From NCBI GenBank assembly GCA_043228905.1, contig JBHGNT010000018.1, forward strand, positions 11,470,001 to 11,534,000: DNA of 64,000 nt, read 5' to 3'. Positions 61,337 to 64,000 of this stretch are shown in pieces; within the stretch, counting starts at the first letter, position 1; every line of letters begins with the position of its first letter. The position numbers and the translations under genes were made by a program. The stretch comes from Azolla caroliniana (lineage: Eukaryota; Plantae; Polypodiophyta). The notes beneath the pieces are model-generated. The model was not told where the DNA came from, did not search any database, and saw nothing but the letters and a program-made list of their open reading frames with translations.

Positions 61337-64000
61337 CTCTCTCTCTCTGTGTACAACAATACAACAACTCTGATAATCACACCCTAACAGTATTGCCCTA
61401 GTTATATTTATACTTATATAACTTTGGGGCCATTTAAAAATATGACTTCAACCATCACGTCTAAACATATTTACTAATATGTTCCTATTTTCTGGTTCAT
61501 ACGGGATCCTGCCAAACTCATTCTCGATCCATCCAATCTGGTATTTGGATACCTTCCGGATCCAACCGGTCCGGTTCCTCACTTCGTCTTGTCTGATCCG
61601 GCTCATCCAGTTCTCATCCGGATCCCATCCGAAGGGACTGAATTCCCAACAAATTCCCCCCTTCACTCCAGCATGGGATGTCTCATCAGTCTGATCCATC
61701 TCTAGCATACGTCCAATTTACCGGTTGCTAGCAAGAACTCTTTATCTTCTACCTTCTCCCGCAGCCAGTGATATCTCCTCTAGATGTGCTTGGTCCGGAA
61801 GTGGTAGGCTGAGTTCTTCGCGAGGTGGATGGCACTTTGACTGTCACAATAGATTCGGAATTCCTCATGTCGGATCCCTAGCTCTCCGATGAAGTCCTTC
61901 ATCCATATTACCTCTTTGTGGGCTTCCACGACTGCCATGTACTCCGCTCCGCATCTGTTGTCGATAGTGCAACGGACTTCTACATCCTCGACTGCCACAA
62001 TATGACTCCCCCTGCATATGTCATGACGTATCCAGATGTAGATCGGCTGGTATCTACATCAACCGACATGTCTGAATCAATGAAGCCTTCTAGTTGGGGT
62101 TTTCCGGAGCCGAATCGGAGGCACATGTTCGAGTTGCCTTTCAAGTACCCGAGTATCCACTTGACCGTGGTCCAATGTTCTCTTCCCGGATTTCTCATGA
62201 GCCGGCTAACCACTCTGACTGCATATTTGATATCCTGTCGGGTATAAACCATTGCGTATATCAAACTTCTGATAGCAAAGGCATATGGTACATTCATCAT
62301 CTCCGACTTTTCCGTCTTTGTGTCTCGGACAACTTGCAATTTGTCAGAAGTGTTGACCAGACTAGCTTCACATCCAACATGTTGAACCTTTGAAGCACCT
62401 TTGTCACGTATTGTTCCTATGACAACCACAACTGCTTCTTCGACCGGTTCCGGATTATGTGCATCCCCAAAATCTATCTCGTTGGACCCATATCTTTCAT
62501 TGCAAATGACTATATCAAGGCCTTCTTTAGCATTCCAATTTTGATATGGTCCCATCCTATGATCAACATGTCGTCCACATACAGTAGTAGTACTAGGAAG
62601 TCTCCTCCGTCAAACTTCTTCACAAATACGCAATGGTCGGTCTGTGTCTTGTGGTATCCTTGGTCAGTCATGAAGGAATTGAACTTCCGGTACCATTTCA
62701 AGGGAGCTTGCTTTAGTCCATATAAGCTCTTCTTCAATTAGCACACCAGGTGCTCCTTCCCTTTCTTTACAAATCCCTCTGGTTGTTGCATGCAGATCTC
62801 TTCTTCGAGGTCACAGTGCAGGAACATCGTCTTGACATCTAATTGCTCGACCTCGAGGTCCATGCTTGCCGCAATGCTCAACACAGTCCAGATGGATGTC
62901 ATCTTTACTACCGGGGAAAATATCTCATCGAAATCCACTCCTATCTTCTGTTGGAAGCCCTTCACCAGAATGCGGGCCTTATACCTTGGTGGATTTCCGG
63001 CATCTCCCGGTTTCAACTTGTACACCCACTTGTTCCAAAGCGCTCTCTTTCCTTTCGACGGCTTTGTCAGTTCATATGTGTGGTTCTCATGCAAGGAATC
63101 CATCTCATCCTGCATGGCACTTAACCACTTGCGGTTGTGGGTGTCTTTCTTTGCTTCTTCGAAGCTTTCCAGCTCCCCTTTGTCGGCCAATAAAACATGC
63201 TCTCCATCTGAAAATCTTCACGGGGGCTTTCTCTCTCTAAGGGGATATCTTTGTCCTTGGTTTTCGACCACCAGCTCCTCCGTCTATTCTTCATCCGAAT
63301 CCGATTCGGGGTCTTTTCCAGTTTCGGTGTTTGATTCTTATTCGGTCGTTCAGTTCTTTGTCTGATTCGGCCGGTTCATCATGGTATTCAACGGACATCT
63401 GGCTTCTAACCGGATGTGTCCTTGCATCCTCCAACCGATTTCTATCGGTCGACCCAGAGTCCACTGCCTTCTTCTCCAACTCCCAGTCGGCAATGCTTGT
63501 CTTCCTTGAAGACTATGTCTCGATTCCAGAGGACCTTTTTGTCGACCAAGTCCCACACTCGGTAGCCGAACTCATCATCACCGTATCCAAGGAATATGCA
63601 TGGCCAGGACTTCGGATCCAATTTTTGTCATCTTCTCCTTTGCTACATGCACGTAGGCAAGACACCCAAACACCTTTAGATGCCGGTAGGACACGTCTTT
63701 GCCGGTCCATACTTCCTACGGTGTGTCTCCTTCCAAGGGTGCTAAGGGTGATCTGTTTATCACATACGTCACTGTCATTGGCGCCACAACCCAAAACGTC
63801 TTGGGCAACTTTGCATGTGCCAACATGCTCCGGACTCTCTCCATCACAATCTGGTTCATTCTTTCGGCCAATCCGTTCAACTCCAGCGTCTTCGAGCCGG
63901 ATTCCCTTTGACCAACAATACTCCTCGAACTGCCCCCGGTATTCTCCTCCATTGTCCGCTCCAACCACCTTTAGCTTCCGACTAGTTTCTCTTTCGACTC
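61073..64000 (-). mobile_element. copia A3: 3' LTR (to 61651), PPT, RH, RT, INT; continues past the window end
   Basis: TCCCAACA then AATTCCCCCCTTCA; LLLYVDDML, RYKARILVKGF, ADNGGEY. Confidence 0.9.

Overview
This 64-kb window has no recognisable host gene. It is a deeply nested stack of decayed LTR retrotransposons from a plant genome; a fern or other non-seed plant is my inference from the look of the proteins. Working from TG...CA termini, PBS/PPT motifs and target-site duplications (TSDs), I resolve about 25 insertions. Most are Ty1/copia elements or fragments (labelled A, B, C, E, F, I, K, M; tRNA-iMet PBS where one is seen, 5-bp TSD). There are also a tRNA-Trp-primed Ty3/gypsy family with 4-bp TSDs (G), a tRNA-Arg-primed Tat-like gypsy (D) and five TSD-flanked solo LTRs. 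Five things stand out. (1) Both G copies carry a slippery site plus H-type pseudoknot with covarying stems, predicting a -1 frameshift between protease and RT. (2) A 2.35-kb non-autonomous element (J) has a self-priming (Tf1/Tcn1-type) PBS, and its whole interior is one ORF built on tandem repeats. (3) The two LTRs of element D share a TSD but lie 24 kb apart in opposite orientations, which records an inversion. (4) A three-LTR chimeric copia is present. (5) An LTR/PBS/gag junction is amplified through microhomology junctions. Boundaries were read by eye, and family letters are my own labels.
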